A stretch of DNA of 64,000 nt. Origin: Haliotis rubra (taxonomy: Eukaryota). The stretch is from NCBI RefSeq assembly GCF_003918875.1, contig NW_025767279.1, positions 186,001 through 250,000 of the forward strand. Reading direction: 5' to 3'. The notes below the pieces were generated by a model. It searched no databases. It was not told the DNA's origin and saw nothing but the letters and a program-made list of their open reading frames with translations. Each line of letters begins with the position of its first letter. The first letter of the stretch is position 1. The position numbers and the translations under genes were made by a program. This document shows, in pieces, positions 26,142 to 38,952 of this stretch.

Positions 26142-28286
26142 CACACTTTCGTGTTCTGCGTGCTCAACAAGTGCCGGGTAGACAGAACGAACAGTCAGAC
26201 ACTTCACACAATGTCATCATTGCAACCACTTGTTTTATTTCATCACCTTTGGGCGGTGGGGGTAGACTTGTGGTTCGATTCAGGTATTATGTGTGAAACC
26301 TATTTCTGGTGTCCACCGCCATGATAATACTGGGATATTGCTAAAAGCGTATTAACGCACCAGTTAGTCATCATCAGTGAGACTCATGGACTCGAACCCA
26401 CGTTTTACACGGAGTTTCATCCAGCAAAGTGCAGAGCACAGTCCGCATGACTTTGATTGTACAGTGGGTTATGTTCTTCACGTTTATATCTTGATACCTC
26501 AATATAACGGTTGTACATAATGATGTACATAAATTATCACTTGAAAAATCTCATTTATAGCTTGTCCAGGGAAGGAGATAATTTGTCCAAGCTTACATGA
26601 AAAAGGGTAATGTCATTACTATTAAAATCAGTAATGATAAACGGATTATCACAATTAAGCAGGCTATTCTTGACGTCACAGACGTTACATGTACAGATGG
26701 TGTATCCAAAGTATTTGACTTGATGCCCACGAACACCATACGAATGGGTAAGACAAACAAAATATGTATCACAATCATCAAGACGGTGCACGCTGCGTTT
26801 AAAGCAATGCTTCAGCGTGGAAAAACAGCTGATTGAGAGAGTATTCATTTCGATTGTTCCCCGGACTATTTAAAAAAAGGGTTTGCAGAATAACTGAAAC
26901 TTAAATAAAGGTAACAACAAGAATTCTGTCATATTTCATTGTATCTCTGATATAATGTCGTGATATTTACCTTTCCAATGAAACAGTTCTCTCGCCTAAA
27001 ACAAAAATCCCACTTCCGATTATCTCATTTGCATACCTATGTCATTGAGGTATGACAAACGTGTTTTTATGCTATTAACTGAAGTCACATATAAAAGCTT
27101 AAGTAAAATGATAGACCACAATGGCAGCTCTCAGTAAAACTGAAGCCGTCGGATCCTCGTGGCTACCACGACTATGACATTGAAACTTCATGTCCCATAT
27201 AATCTCGCCGCGGTGGATAAAGAGTGAGTGAGTGAGTGAGTTTAGTTTGACGCCGCTTTTAGCAATATTCCAGCAATATCACAGCGGGGGACACCAGAAA
27301 TATAGAGAAGAGTATGCATTTAAGCCGCATTTGGCAGTATTTCAACAATATCACGGCGTGGAAAACTGGAAATCTCCGCCCTGATATTGCTTGAATATTG
27401 CTAAAAGCTGTCTTAACCCACTCACTCACACTGGCGCTGTACAAATGTTTTTCCCTTCGGTTTGGTTATCCTGCTAATCGAAAATACTCTGTTTTGTTAA
27501 ATATGTTGGGATATTCAATTTCATAATGATGTAAATCGGGAACCTAGTTTTATGATTGTATATGGATTTCGAAAATGATTATTCACTCAGAGCGTGCTAT
27601 GAATATCGTGCAAACACGCATTTCATGCTGGCGTATGTTATTATGTCCAGGTGAACATGGTCGGGGTACATTCCACATTTACAGTCAGTGTGTCTGTATG
27701 TTTCAGTACATTTCAGTGACAAGAACCAGGCTGGAATTTGTTCTGATTGTTTTAAACCCTTTTACACGTGTCTCCGGTTTTTTCTTTGCTTTTTTAAAAT
27801 TTATTTTTTATCTTTAACATGTTTGTCACATCAGAAAAGGCTACGTGCAAATGACATGATGGAAGTTGGAACAAAACAGAGCATTGTTCCGCAAGCTCTT
27901 ATCGTTCCACAGTCAATAATAGTTGCAATAGTTGCAACACCTTTTTACTGAATATCCCTTATTTTGTTTCATAGTATGTCTTGTTAAACTGAAAGGCCGT
28001 ATTTATTTTTATATGCAGTTTATAAGCCTCTCGTATTCTCTCGTTAATATCGTCTATTGAGTGCATAGTAAGACAACTAGACCTAAACAGACTGTAATTA
28101 AGTTTGCATAAGCTGATAATGTCATTGTGTTACCTACCGTTTTGTTTATTCGTTTTGTTTGTGTGGCCCAACAATGAAATCACCGTTATCCCTCATTCTC
28201 CGGCGTTTCAATGTCGCCTTGCAAATGATAAATGTGATATCCCAACCTGCCCCAATCTGCAATACAGCCGCCTCTCTAAGCACGGC

Positions 28287-28589
28287 TCCAGCTAGGCTCC
28301 ATGCAGGTAGCAAACGTAATGTAAGTCCCCATGGTTCCTAGTATTGTGATCTTCCTTCAGATGCTGGCGATCTATAGCTGTGTTTTATATTGTATTGTCT
28401 TCTTTAATTACACTGTCTTAGTTATACATGCTAGTTTTATGTTCATATCTGTGATGCACTAGTATTTTTACTGTCCATCGTCTACAGGTTTAACTCTTCA
28501 TAATGTTTTCATTTTTGTATTGTATAAATTGTTTTTGTCACGATATGGCTGAGATATTGCCGATGTGACGTTAACTATTAACTCACTCA
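28287..28589 (+). mobile_element. Retroposon 3' fragment sharing the SINE tail (candidate partner LINE end)
   Basis: 13-bp TSD CTCTAAGCACGGC; empty site near 15300; reverse-strand copy at 35100-35430; (CTCA)n tail. Confidence 0.75.
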
Positions 28590-28804
28590 CTCTAAGCACG
28601 GCACTCGCCATGCGCTTCAGTTTCCTAGTTTTTATAAGCTCCGCTTTGTTTTTGGTAAACGAGATATCTCAAACTTATCCATCAAAGAAATAAGCAGTGG
28701 GCAATGGCATGGTATCCAGTGAAATCCGTTGAAATATTTAGTTCATTCAAAAGAAAAAAACAAATACAAAATAATACTAAAACAATAAGCTTCAATATCG
28801 GTTA

Positions 28805-29030
28805 GACCCCTGAAGATCCGGGTTAGAATTGATCTTCAGTAACCAATGCTTGTCCTAAAAGGCGATCGGGTGGTCAGGCTCGCTGACTTGGCAGACACGT
28901 CATCGTATCCCAATTGCGTAGATCGATGTTCATGCAGTTGATCACTGGATTGTCTGGTCTACACTCGATTATTTACAGACCGCTGCCATAAAGCTGGAAT
29001 ATTGCTGAGTGCGGCGTAAAACAACAAACG
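28805..29030 (+). mobile_element. Family B SINE
   Basis: Starts GACCCCTGAAGATCCGGGTTAG; full body and tail. Confidence 0.85.
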
Positions 29031-29808
29031 AAAAACCCAAACTTTCACGGCAGCTAATGAGTCCTAGATGGCAGTGTTGAAGCCACGTTGAAGCCATAGA
29101 CAAGTGCCCCCCTTCTTAATGCTGAACATAACCCTTCCTCCTCAAAACAAGTTCATTTAATAGGGCATTTATGATGCTTCACCTACGCCGTTGACACCTT
29201 TGTGGACCCAGAACTAATGTTATTCGTGACCAACTATTGTTATTCCGTGACGCCGTTTACGGAAATGATCTTTAGTCCGGTGCACGGTTGCACAAAACGG
29301 TCTTAGCGCTACGTCTGTCGCAGTGGGAGTTAAGATCATTTTGGCATTACCATCACAAACATAAGTGGACGGTTCAGGCGCTACAGGCCAGCCTGCAAGT
29401 TGATAGACGCGCCCTGTCAATGTCATACTCGTGGATGCTGTGAGGCTTCCTGGCTTCAGTTTCAGGCTGCTACTGTGGTGCATCATTTAACTTAAACATT
29501 TATCCGCCACATGAGCTTATAACATAGAAGACATGTATGTCATACCCAATAGCCTGAGTATGCAAATTAGATAATCGGAAGTGGAATCAGTTTGTGAGAG
29601 CACTGTTTGATTCGAAAGATAAATCAATGAAACCATATCGGAGACATAGAATCGTTGTTGTTGTTGTTACCGTTGTTAAAGTTTCAGCTATTCTTCAAAA
29701 CTCTGATCAACTATCGTTTGCAAGTAATCCGAGGAACGTTTTCTTCCACAGCGATTGAATATGTTAATAAGGCGTTAACAGTTGGTACATTTTGGTTCAC
29801 ACGGCAAT

Positions 29809-29964
29809 GGGGGCGGTGGGGTAGCCTAATGGTAAAAGCGTCGGCTCGTCACGCTGACGACCCGGGTTCGAATCCCCACATGGGCACAATGTGTGAAGAC
29901 CATTTATGGTGTCCCCCGCCGTGATATTGCTGGAATATTGCTAAAAGTGGCATAACTCACTCAC
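29809..29964 (+). mobile_element. tRNA-derived SINE (family A)
   Basis: A/B boxes; TSD TCACACGGCAAT; empty paralogous site near 55340. Confidence 0.9.
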
Positions 29965-30678
29965 TCACACGGCAATGTCTACGTACGATAAATAAGTAAG
30001 ATTTCATGAAGTTTCTGCTGTTAATGATGATGCACTAATTTCTTAAAAAGGATTCATTAATGGGAAAATGATCAGTAGAATTCATCACGAGTGTTTTTGT
30101 GTGGGATATCAAATATTTGTTGCAACGGGGCTGATCTTCTCTATACAGCTTTCTACCCACGGATTCTATAGCATCTCACTTTGCTGGATGAAACTCCGTA
30201 TTAGATGTGGGTTCGAATCCATGATTATCACTGATGATGACTAACAGGTGAGTGCGTTTTAGCAACATCCCCTCAATATCATGGCGGTGGACACCAGAAA
30301 TAGGTCTCACACATTGTACCTGGATCGAACCACAAGGCTATCCCACCGCCCAAAGGTGATGAAATAAAACAGATGGTTGCAATGATGACATTGTGTGACC
30401 TGTCTGACTGCATGAACCTGGCCGTGAAGATGCGCGTGCGTGCGCGCGTGCGTGCGTGCGTGTGTGTGTGTGTGTGTATGCTGCCTCGAGACAGTCTGAA
30501 TATTACTGAGTGAGGCTTAAAACAATATTCACCCACTATTTTATCAGATTCAGTATGTGATCCAGCCACTTAAAGACAACAAACACAATCAATACAACAA
30601 CCTGTATTTGGTCATAACACCGACATGGCCCTTGTATTGAATTGGATTCTTCATTCTACAGTAACGTGTTCTGCCATA

Positions 30679-31647
30679 TTAGAATCTAATTCGTTCTTGC
30701 ATCGAGAATTCTGTTATATCACTTTGTCCATTGACCGAAGCAGGATTGGCAGCGAGCAGCAAATCTTTGTTTCTCATTTCAATCACCTCGGCATGTTTCT
30801 CATATTTCATCTCCTTGTGGTCGTAAAACTCGTACAGGACGATGCAGATGAGGATAAGGTTTTTGAGTATAAAGGGAGAGATTCCAACACTGAAGCCATG
30901 CCAGAGAACTAACCGAACAATCAGATTGGGAACATTCACCACCAGCACCACAAGTAACTTGTGTAGCGCTACAAGACGTTTCGGCATCTTCTTGTGCCCA
31001 AAGTTGGTGAGGCTGAGTGTGATCAGGGGCACTGTTGGAATAATGAGATTGAGACCTGCCACCGCTAAAACAGCTTCCTGAAGTCCCGGGAGGAACATGT
31101 CCCTTGATGACTTGTCGAACATCACCTCTAAGACATCCACAGTGTCCAAGACGTCGAAGACAACGGTTCCAGTAAGCTCTTCAATATATCGCTTGCGTTC
31201 GCTAGCAGGAGGAGCGTCATGGTGAGACGTCAACAGCAAGACGAATACACATGACGCCAAGGCTAGAGACGTCTTTAATGTATTGGGGCCAAAGAATCCT
31301 TTCTCGCTTAACCTAAAGGAGAATTTGTTGAAAGCTATGGCCATCCTTGCTACTAGGCTTACCGAGTACACAAGCCATGCCAACCAACCAATTGTGACCG
31401 CCTTTGTTTGCTCGTCACCGGCTTTTTGTAGAGCAAGGTGTTGTCGTGATATGATGAAGGAGGCAATGAAGATACCGACGTTGACAAGGTCAAACGCTAT
31501 CCATGCCCAGCTGGCTGGGGTCTGATGTTTGGCCAGGAAATAATCCAGAATCCCTCCTTGGGCGAGTAGAAGCAGAATGCACATGATCCGAGCTGGGATG
31601 CCATTCAAGGCTCCACAACATCGCACAAAACAATCCCCCAGCCACAT
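30679..31647 (-). CDS. TMEM121/CECR6 (TMEM121B)-family multi-pass membrane protein, 322 aa, intact (copy 3)
   Basis: About 7 hydrophobic helices; motifs LDYFL, DVLDTVDVLE, LIIPTVPL..LS, VNVPNL.VRL and SPF.LKN parallel TMEM121/CECR6; splice acceptor 50 nt upstream of the ATG (near 31697). Confidence 0.85.
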   Translation of the reverse strand: MWLGDCFVRCCGALNGIPARIMCILLLLAQGGILDYFLAKHQTPASWAWIAFDLVNVGIFIASFIISRQHLALQKAGDEQTKAVTIGWLAWLVYSVSLVARMAIAFNKFSFRLSEKGFFGPNTLKTSLALASCVFVLLLTSHHDAPPASERKRYIEELTGTVVFDVLDTVDVLEVMFDKSSRDMFLPGLQEAVLAVAGLNLIIPTVPLITLSLTNFGHKKMPKRLVALHKLLVVLVVNVPNLIVRLVLWHGFSVGISPFILKNLILICIVLYEFYDHKEMKYEKHAEVIEMRNKDLLLAANPASVNGQSDITEFSMQERIRF

Positions 31648-32798
31648 GTCTAATCCTGAATTTCACACGAATATCGGGAAAGTTGAGTTTGACAAACTGA
31701 ATATGGGAAAAAAAAATTAAACAACGGGCTATGTCAAATCAGATAACAACATAAATCCTGTTACATGACTTTTCCAGTACTCTGTATCAAGCTCTGCGTT
31801 TTGGACCCTCTTGTACTAAGGTATCGGACGATTTAACAGTGTTTTGATCATCCGGTTTTCATCAAGATTTCAAACCATTCACTGTATTGAGTCTGAGAAA
31901 CTAATTTCGAATTAGTTATGCACTTTAATTATATCCGTGCGAATTGTTGTTACCTTGTTTTAAACAAAACCCTAGAACTTTTGGCGGCCGTCCATCAGAG
32001 GCTGTATATTCTAGGACATTCCTGTGGTTCAATCTAGCTGGATGGATACAGGTCACAGGCTGGTAATTCTAAACCTGATAAAACGAAATAAAATGGTAAA
32101 ATGAATCAAGTGAATACATTCCCAATGCATGTTCACGCCATCTTTACACTCACTAATCAATCGTTCAGTGAATTCAGAGCTAATGACTTGGCGGAAGCGT
32201 GCACTGTTGTAAACATGCATTGTTGCAGATGTATACGACGACGTTGGCAGCATCCTGCTGCTTGGAGTCGATAGATCACGTGGGTGGTTAAGAGAATATT
32301 GATTGACCAGGTAAGCCTACCTATCTGGCCCAAGGGATCCATATTTTAGTCGCCTACGTAGCACCAAGTGAGGATAAGGAGTCACATCTAGAACATTTCT
32401 ACAAAATACGACGATGAGTGCAATACGTACAGCAATCGTAATGAATAGACAAGTGGATCATCTCTAAACAAACATGCAGCCACACCTTCAGTGTATACGG
32501 AAGACATCTATAAGTGCGGTAATGATTATACGGAAACTTTGAACGTCACCACGACTTCGTTCGTCAAATTATATTGATAGTAAAATATGTATCTTGTTAT
32601 GAACAAAATTGGTTTCAATTTGATTGCTGATTTACAGCTTTAAACGTTTCTGACTGCTATGCATCACCGCCCCTATATGCAGAATTTAAGAAACATTTTT
32701 GGTGTATATGAACTCAGTAGCCTACTCAGGCCGTGGTCAGGACGTTTTGTGCGTGTGATGAATCACTGTCTGCCTCTCATAATGGTAGTAAATCTGCT

Positions 32799-33043
32799 GA
32801 CCCGTGAAGATCCAAATTAGAATTGATCTTCAGTAACCCATGCTTGTCATAAGAGGCGACTAACTGGATCGGGTGGTCAGGCTCGCTGACTTGGTTGACA
32901 CATGTCATCGGTTCCCAATTGCGCAGATCGCTGCTCATGCTGTTGATCACTGGATTGTCTGGTCCAGACTCGATTATTTACAGACCGCCGCCATATAGCT
33001 GGAATATTGCTTAGTGCGGCGAAAAACTAAACTCACTCACTCA
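32799..33043 (+). mobile_element. Family B SINE (most complete copy)
   Basis: GACCCGTGAAGATCC...CTTGTCATAAGAGGCGACTAA...(CTCA)n; TSD AGTAAA(T/C)CTGCT; empty site at 48426. Confidence 0.9.
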
Positions 33044-33599
33044 GTAAACCTGCTGACTAATGTCATGCATTAATAAAACTTGAACCACTTATCAAATCTA
33101 TTAAATGTCAAGAACTACAACACCAAATGTTATGAGCCTTTGTTGAATAAAAAATACATGTACGTTGTACAAAGTCCCACAGACGTATCAGAAGTAATAT
33201 AAGTAGAAAACTGTAATTTAGAGAGCTACTCATACTTGGAAGACAAAGACAGTACTTGTTCGAATGCATTTATCACTCAGTAATTCAAGTATTACATGTT
33301 TCACTATTGTTTTGCCTCGTGTGCTGTATTCTTCTGTTTTCACAGAAATATATAAAACGGAACCCGTAAAATAAGCACCGTAGACTATTGTGCTTTGGGA
33401 CTCTCTTTCATTATTGTGACATATTTTCAAATTCACTTAATGAATTTAAGAGTTCCATTACAAATACATATTAACAACAACCAAATAACGGGAATGTGCA
33501 AAACACATTTACCAGAACCTAAGTGTCACAGACAATTGAAGACAAAATGAGAATATGAATGAACCTCCCATAAACCCAACACGATCTCAGTCGTTATTT

Positions 33600-33810
33600 A
33601 AAAGTCAAACTCGGAGATCTAACCCACGGTGGCTGAGTGGGTAAGATCGCTGACTTTGTGTGCTTACTGAACTTATTCTCAGCGTGAGGGTTCAAATCCC
33701 GGATGGGGCTCAACCTAACAAAAGTACTAGAATCTGTACTTTACTGAGAAAGTGTAATGGAAAATACAACCAACTAATGTTACATTTGACTGGATGGCAT
33801 TGTGTGTTTA
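33600..33810 (+). mobile_element. Half copy of the tRNA-like foldback element
   Basis: GGTGGCTGAGTGGG A-box-like and GGTTCAAATCCC B-box-like motifs, then AGTACTAGAATCTGTAC. Orthologous copies at 4410-4552 (-), 20090-20400 (-) and 53275-53490 (+). Confidence 0.7.
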
Positions 33811-34224
33811 TAACATTGGATAAGTCACACAGCAGGAATGCGTCCTCCAAACTGATAAGAAAGATATATCAAACAACTGCAAAGAGCACGGAATACAACA
33901 CATGCTGTTTCACATGCTTGTTCTTTTTCCATACTGGTGCCGTACAGACGGTCACCGCTCAATGTCGAGATCCACGTTTACTAAGCGTTTCACATTCATG
34001 TACGTAATATGTAATGAACATTAATCACACAGTAAGTAAGGCTGCACCTTACCTTCATGGTAAAATATATCGCATAGCCCTTGATACACAGATGACGCCA
34101 GGGTTGGCAATGCAACGAGGAGACTGCAATGATTGAGCACGATTTCTACTGCTGTTAACTCTGTCAGCTGTGGCTGCTTACAGGAGGGAGATTTCGCCTC
34201 CACCGTTTATGGAGAATGTAACGT

Positions 34225-34760
34225 GATACCTGGCTGCTATGGGATAGCGTGGCTGGTACTTGTTTTTATGGTTTGTTTTTGTATGTTTTTATAATGTTAG
34301 CACTAGTTGGTTACGTGGGATTATAAGCGACCTAAAAGGCCAATTTTGACAAGAAATATACCTAAGGCTTTGAAGGTTCGAGCGTTATTTAGTAAGTGTT
34401 TGTAATGTTAGGTGCGTGTTTGTGTCAAGTGAACTCTGTGTGTGCAATGTTTTGGGACGTGATCTGGCGTTTCTGTTTCGCTGCAGTATGTGCCTTTGTC
34501 TGTTTGACGTCTTAGGTAGATCTCTTTGTAATTTGGTTAGCGACCGGTATATATATATACATCATGGTATTTTTGTAGTGTTTATTTAGTAGATTTGGAG
34601 TGTTGTTACTATGCCCCATTAATTCTGCAGATTGTCTGTCTGGGAGTAGGTATGATTTAGTTTGTTTTAAGGGTTGTGATGTGTGGGTGCCGAAACCTGT
34701 GCGTTTTGTACCCGGGTCAAAGGATCCATCTGTGTAAATGTGGCACCAATTCATTTGCTC
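34225..34760 (-). mobile_element. RNase H-bearing LINE remnant (I/Nimb-like)
   Basis: HIYTDGSFD...GFG motif in ORF 34512-34811; its 3' part is shared with 53945-54090. Confidence 0.6.
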
Positions 34761-34776
34761 AACACGAAAGAGTGTA

Positions 34777-35000
34777 CCCGTGAAGATCCCTGGTAAATTG
34801 GTCTTCAGCAACCCAGGCGACTAAGGGGATTGGATGGTCAGGCCCACTGCTTTGGCTCACACATGTCATGTCGAATACCAACTGCGTATATCGATGCTCA
34901 TGAAATTGATCACTGGGCTGTCTGGTCCAGACTCGATTAATTACAGACCGCCGCAAATAGCTGAAATATTGATGAATACGGCATTAAACAACAAACAAAC
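34777..35000 (+). mobile_element. Family B SINE
   Basis: Starts ACCCGTGAAGATCC; same body. Confidence 0.8.
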
Positions 35001-35877
35001 GTGTGTGTCTCTGTTTGAATGCTCGTATGTGTGTGCGTGTGTGTGAGGCGAGTAAAACAACATTCACCCACTATCATATCGAATTCAGCAGACACATAAA
35101 GTGAGTGAGGTACAATTTACCGTCACATTTGCAACATTGCAGCAATAGCGTGACGAGGATTTGAATAATAAACAAAGTCGCAATAATTTAAGTCAAATTT
35201 TAAAACTCTGTCAACGACGGACAGTAAAATAACTAGAGGATCACAGATATAGATATAAAACTAGTATGAAAAACTAAAAACTTTTAACTATAGAAGACAG
35301 TACAATATAAAAACAGGCTATATATTGCCAACAACCGAAGGTAGATCACCATACTAGGGGCCATGGGGACTTACAGTACATTTGCTTCCTGCATGGACCT
35401 TAGCTGGATTTACACCATCCCTTCAGTCGTTAGCTATTCAGTCAAAAGACACATAAAGACAATAAACACGATCGTTGCTGTATTTTATTAATGACACTGC
35501 CATGTACAAGTTTCAGTCCATCTCTCTCTACACACAAATAGACTGGGGAAAGCTTAATCTATTTCCTTGTGAGTAAAAATATATGTAAAACACGTGTTTC
35601 TAAATATAATATAACGTAACATAACATACGCATGGTCAACAAGCATGAGGGCAATATCTTGTACATTTGGTGTCTTTCGTAAGACAGAATTAAAGCCAAA
35701 GTTACTATATGGCTGAAATATTGCCGAGGTGACGTTAAATTTTAACTCACTTACTCACTGTAAATGAAATGAAGAATGAATAGGATCATTGTTTCCGCCA
35801 TGCTTTTGTTGGGCTAAAATCCGTAATACAAAACAAACCCACAAAACGAAAAAACAAACATATATATGTAGGACTCA

Positions 35878-36948
35878 GGGGCCGTATTTATCAAACAACT
35901 AAGTTTTGACTTAAGCAAAAACTTAAGTTTCTTAAAACTGACTTAGCCAAGTCAAAAACATAAGTTGGTATTCACAAACGGGCTAAGTTTGTAATTTAGC
36001 TAAGTCCGCCGACAAAAACTAAGTCGATTTCGCCGAACGCGATCACGTGATCACTAGGGACCATCCCGGTTATTTTTAGCCTGCAAGAGGAACTCTTTTT
36101 ACTGAGAGACAGAAAAACATCCTCGTGGGAAATTCCCGGACGATACACGAACAGCAAACGACATAACCCGCTTGTTGTCAAGATACGAGAGTCGTGTGTT
36201 GAGCCAGGCCAACGTGTTATGATGTGGATGATCCGGTCGTCGCTGTCAATCACTATCTGTGTATTAATACTGTGGTAGTGATGCCTGTTAATGAATTCAT
36301 TCTCATTAACTGATGGGGCCTGAATATAAATCTGAGTGCCATGAATGACACCTACTACACCGGGGAAGATGGCAGTGTAATAAAATCGACGCTGGTGTCG
36401 TCTTTTATCTTGGGCTTGCGTGGGAAAGGTGACAAATCTACGGACCATACGCTGACTTGTGAGTGATTGAAGCGTTTGTTCGATGACTCTTGAGATGGTG
36501 GGTTGGCTCAGTCCATGGTCATCGCCATTGCACATCTGAAATTTGCCAGTGGCAAGATAACGCAAAGTGACGAGCACTTTGGTAACGCAGGACTCTGCAC
36601 AACTCCGATGCGTTACGGGACTTAGTTCGTGTTCTAGTAAATCACAGATGTAAACACTACTGTTTCTGTCAAATCTGTACCTTTGTAACAGCTCATTATC
36701 ATCTAATGTATGCAGAATTTCTCTTCTTTCATTAAATACTCTTGGATTACGTGTGGCAGCCATTTTGTTTCACATGACTTAAGTCAGTTGATTTAAGCCT
36801 AGCAAGGTGAGTCTTAATAGTTAAGTAAAAAAATGGCAAAACGTAAGTCTAAGTCTGTTGATAAAAATGACTTAAGTTTTACCACGAAACTTAAGTCGAA
36901 AAAACAAGAAAACTAAGTTTTTTAACTGACTTAAGTTTTTGTAATGAC
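35878..36948 (-). mobile_element. PIF/Harbinger transposon, internally deleted, HARBI1-like transposase (35996-36763)
   Basis: RYRF, LRYLATG, SQPTISR, FPGVVGVI(D>H)GT, NR..YHSIN.Q, WPGSTHDS; terminus GGGCCGTATTTATCAAAC; ACTTAAG subterminal repeats; other end cut at a TTAA. Confidence 0.88.
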
Positions 36949-38007
36949 TTAAAGGTCACATGCAACCAAAAAATCAAACATAATTAAAACAAAATTATCA
37001 CTTATTCATGACATATAATATACATTGCTGGTTATGAAAAATTATAAGAGTACAATTGCAAATCAAAAGTGCAATATTTTGTACTTGGGTTTACTTCCCA
37101 AGAAACGAAGCAGCCGGGATACCGAACCCAGTCAGAGCGGGTGGGTGTGCACTCAAGTGTAACGGCTGGTTCATTTGCAGATGACCCCACGGCTCATTGT
37201 GTGTGTATATATATAGAGATGTTGGGTTTTGTAAATACATGCTCATTTTGTGTGTATAACATTTTGCAATCAACAGACATCATTACATGTCATGTGTACA
37301 AGTATCACACCTGCCTGTCTGTGTAATTACATAATGTGACAGAGACCGAACTCGGGCCATAAATCAATGCGTTTTGTGGTTTATGGTGTATATCCTGATA
37401 GGTGTTAAGTTCAAATTGCATGTGGTCAGTGATCGAAGTTGTGTATTGAATATTGTCATTAGCCGACGAGCAGGCAAACACATAGGTGTCAATAAAACAG
37501 ACATTGAGTTTTGTCTGTGACAACGACATATCTATATCACAGTTAGAAATTCTGTCAGCGTTAAATAATGACATTGCTTTTAAGTATCAAACTGAGAAAG
37601 TGACTCGGTAAGAAGAACGTGTGGTGAAATAGACAAATGAAAATATATAAACAGTTAAATCGGTAATCTACTGTCATAACATATAAAAAGCTCGCGCCTG
37701 TGAAATATCAACAAAACATTAGAAAAATAGCTCACACCAAAGCCTTCACCGAGTATTCACCGGACAACCCACTTCCAGGCTGCGCCAACCTATTTCACTG
37801 CGCATGTGCTATGAGCGCAGCCCCGCTGTTGAAACCACTTAAATTCCCCCAAGCGCTGGGGGAAAATTTGTGAATCGTTTGAACTACGATTTCGCGCGGT
37901 TTTTTTCATCGCGTTATTTTCAACTTTATAAGTTGAATTTGCATTTTTGATGATTCTCTAATCTATGTCGAGTTTCCTAATCAGTGGCAGGTTTGATTGT
38001 TTGATTG
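36949..38007. mobile_element. Non-autonomous TTAA-inserting DNA element (Kolobok-like)
   Basis: Begins TTAA|AGGTCACATGCAACCAAAAAATCAAAC inside the Harbinger; partial inverted match GTTTGATTGTTTGATTG at 37991-38007. Confidence 0.5.
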
Positions 38008-38952
38008 TTACATGACGTAATCGCGCGATGATGTCTTAATGGTTCAATCTCCACTAAACTTGCACATTTGAGATTAAAAATGAACAAAAAATGTTTTTGG
38101 AATATATCCGTTTTTATTACACAAACTCAAACTTTGATATGTGAAGGTCATAAAACCAAAATAAATGATCTCTAGGTTTGATATGTTCAAAGTTACAATG
38201 TTACAAAGATTACCTCTCCCTTTTGAGACCAACCAGATACGTTACCTAGTGATTTTTAAACATAGCTTCTTGAAAATGTGAAACAGACATTAAGATGTTG
38301 TTGTCAAGTTTTCTTTAAAACTGTATAGTCTAGTTTATATGCCTAAAGACAAATTTAGTTAGAATCTAGCGCGATATTATGAAACAATATGTTCTCACTG
38401 TTTCAAGTACACAAAAAGAGTTTATATAAATACACTAGTCATGTCTGAAACTATTGTTTAGTCCAAAACTGAACATTATATTGTTATCTTTACACAACAA
38501 TTTGAAGTGCAACAGAGTTTTTAGTAACATGAATATTGTCTCGAGTAAAATAAGTACATTGTGTAGATATTGTTCTACGATACAAAATTATATGAAAAAG
38601 GTAACGTATCTGGTGAAAGTAAATGATATCCCTTTTATGAAGAACAAGCAAGTGAATCAACGAACAATTAAATTAAAATCACAGTTATGTCTTTTGTTAT
38701 CACAACTTTCTTAAAATGTCAATGCATATCGTTCTAACTGATGCCCTTGCATAATCAACATTGTTATCGAATATGGTAACGTACCTGGTAATGAGCAAAG
38801 CATTTCTAGCATTAAAAACACTAACATCGAAACAAATATCTAGAAAACAACTCCTTGTCGTGGACCTGTAACAACAAAGGAAGTTAAGACTATTTTGATC
38901 TTAATGGACGAACCATAAAGTCCTCAATCTGAATGTAACGTATCTGGTTCAT

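Larger units (their letters stand above)
26180..30420. repeat. Inverted repeat arms (about 26180-27070 vs 29530-30420) at the centre of the gene cluster
   Basis: 26200-26430 matches the reverse complement of 30175-30400; 26850-27060 matches the reverse complement of 29535-29750. Confidence 0.75.

Noticed and set aside
30625-31525. Antisense ORFs over the TMEM genes (also 45501-46190 and 23554-23787)
   Set aside because: Shadow frames of a hydrophobic coding sequence, shared only because the genes are recent duplicates.
35996-36763. Host HARBI1 gene
   Set aside because: It lies within transposon termini, the first catalytic Asp is mutated and the C-terminus is deleted.
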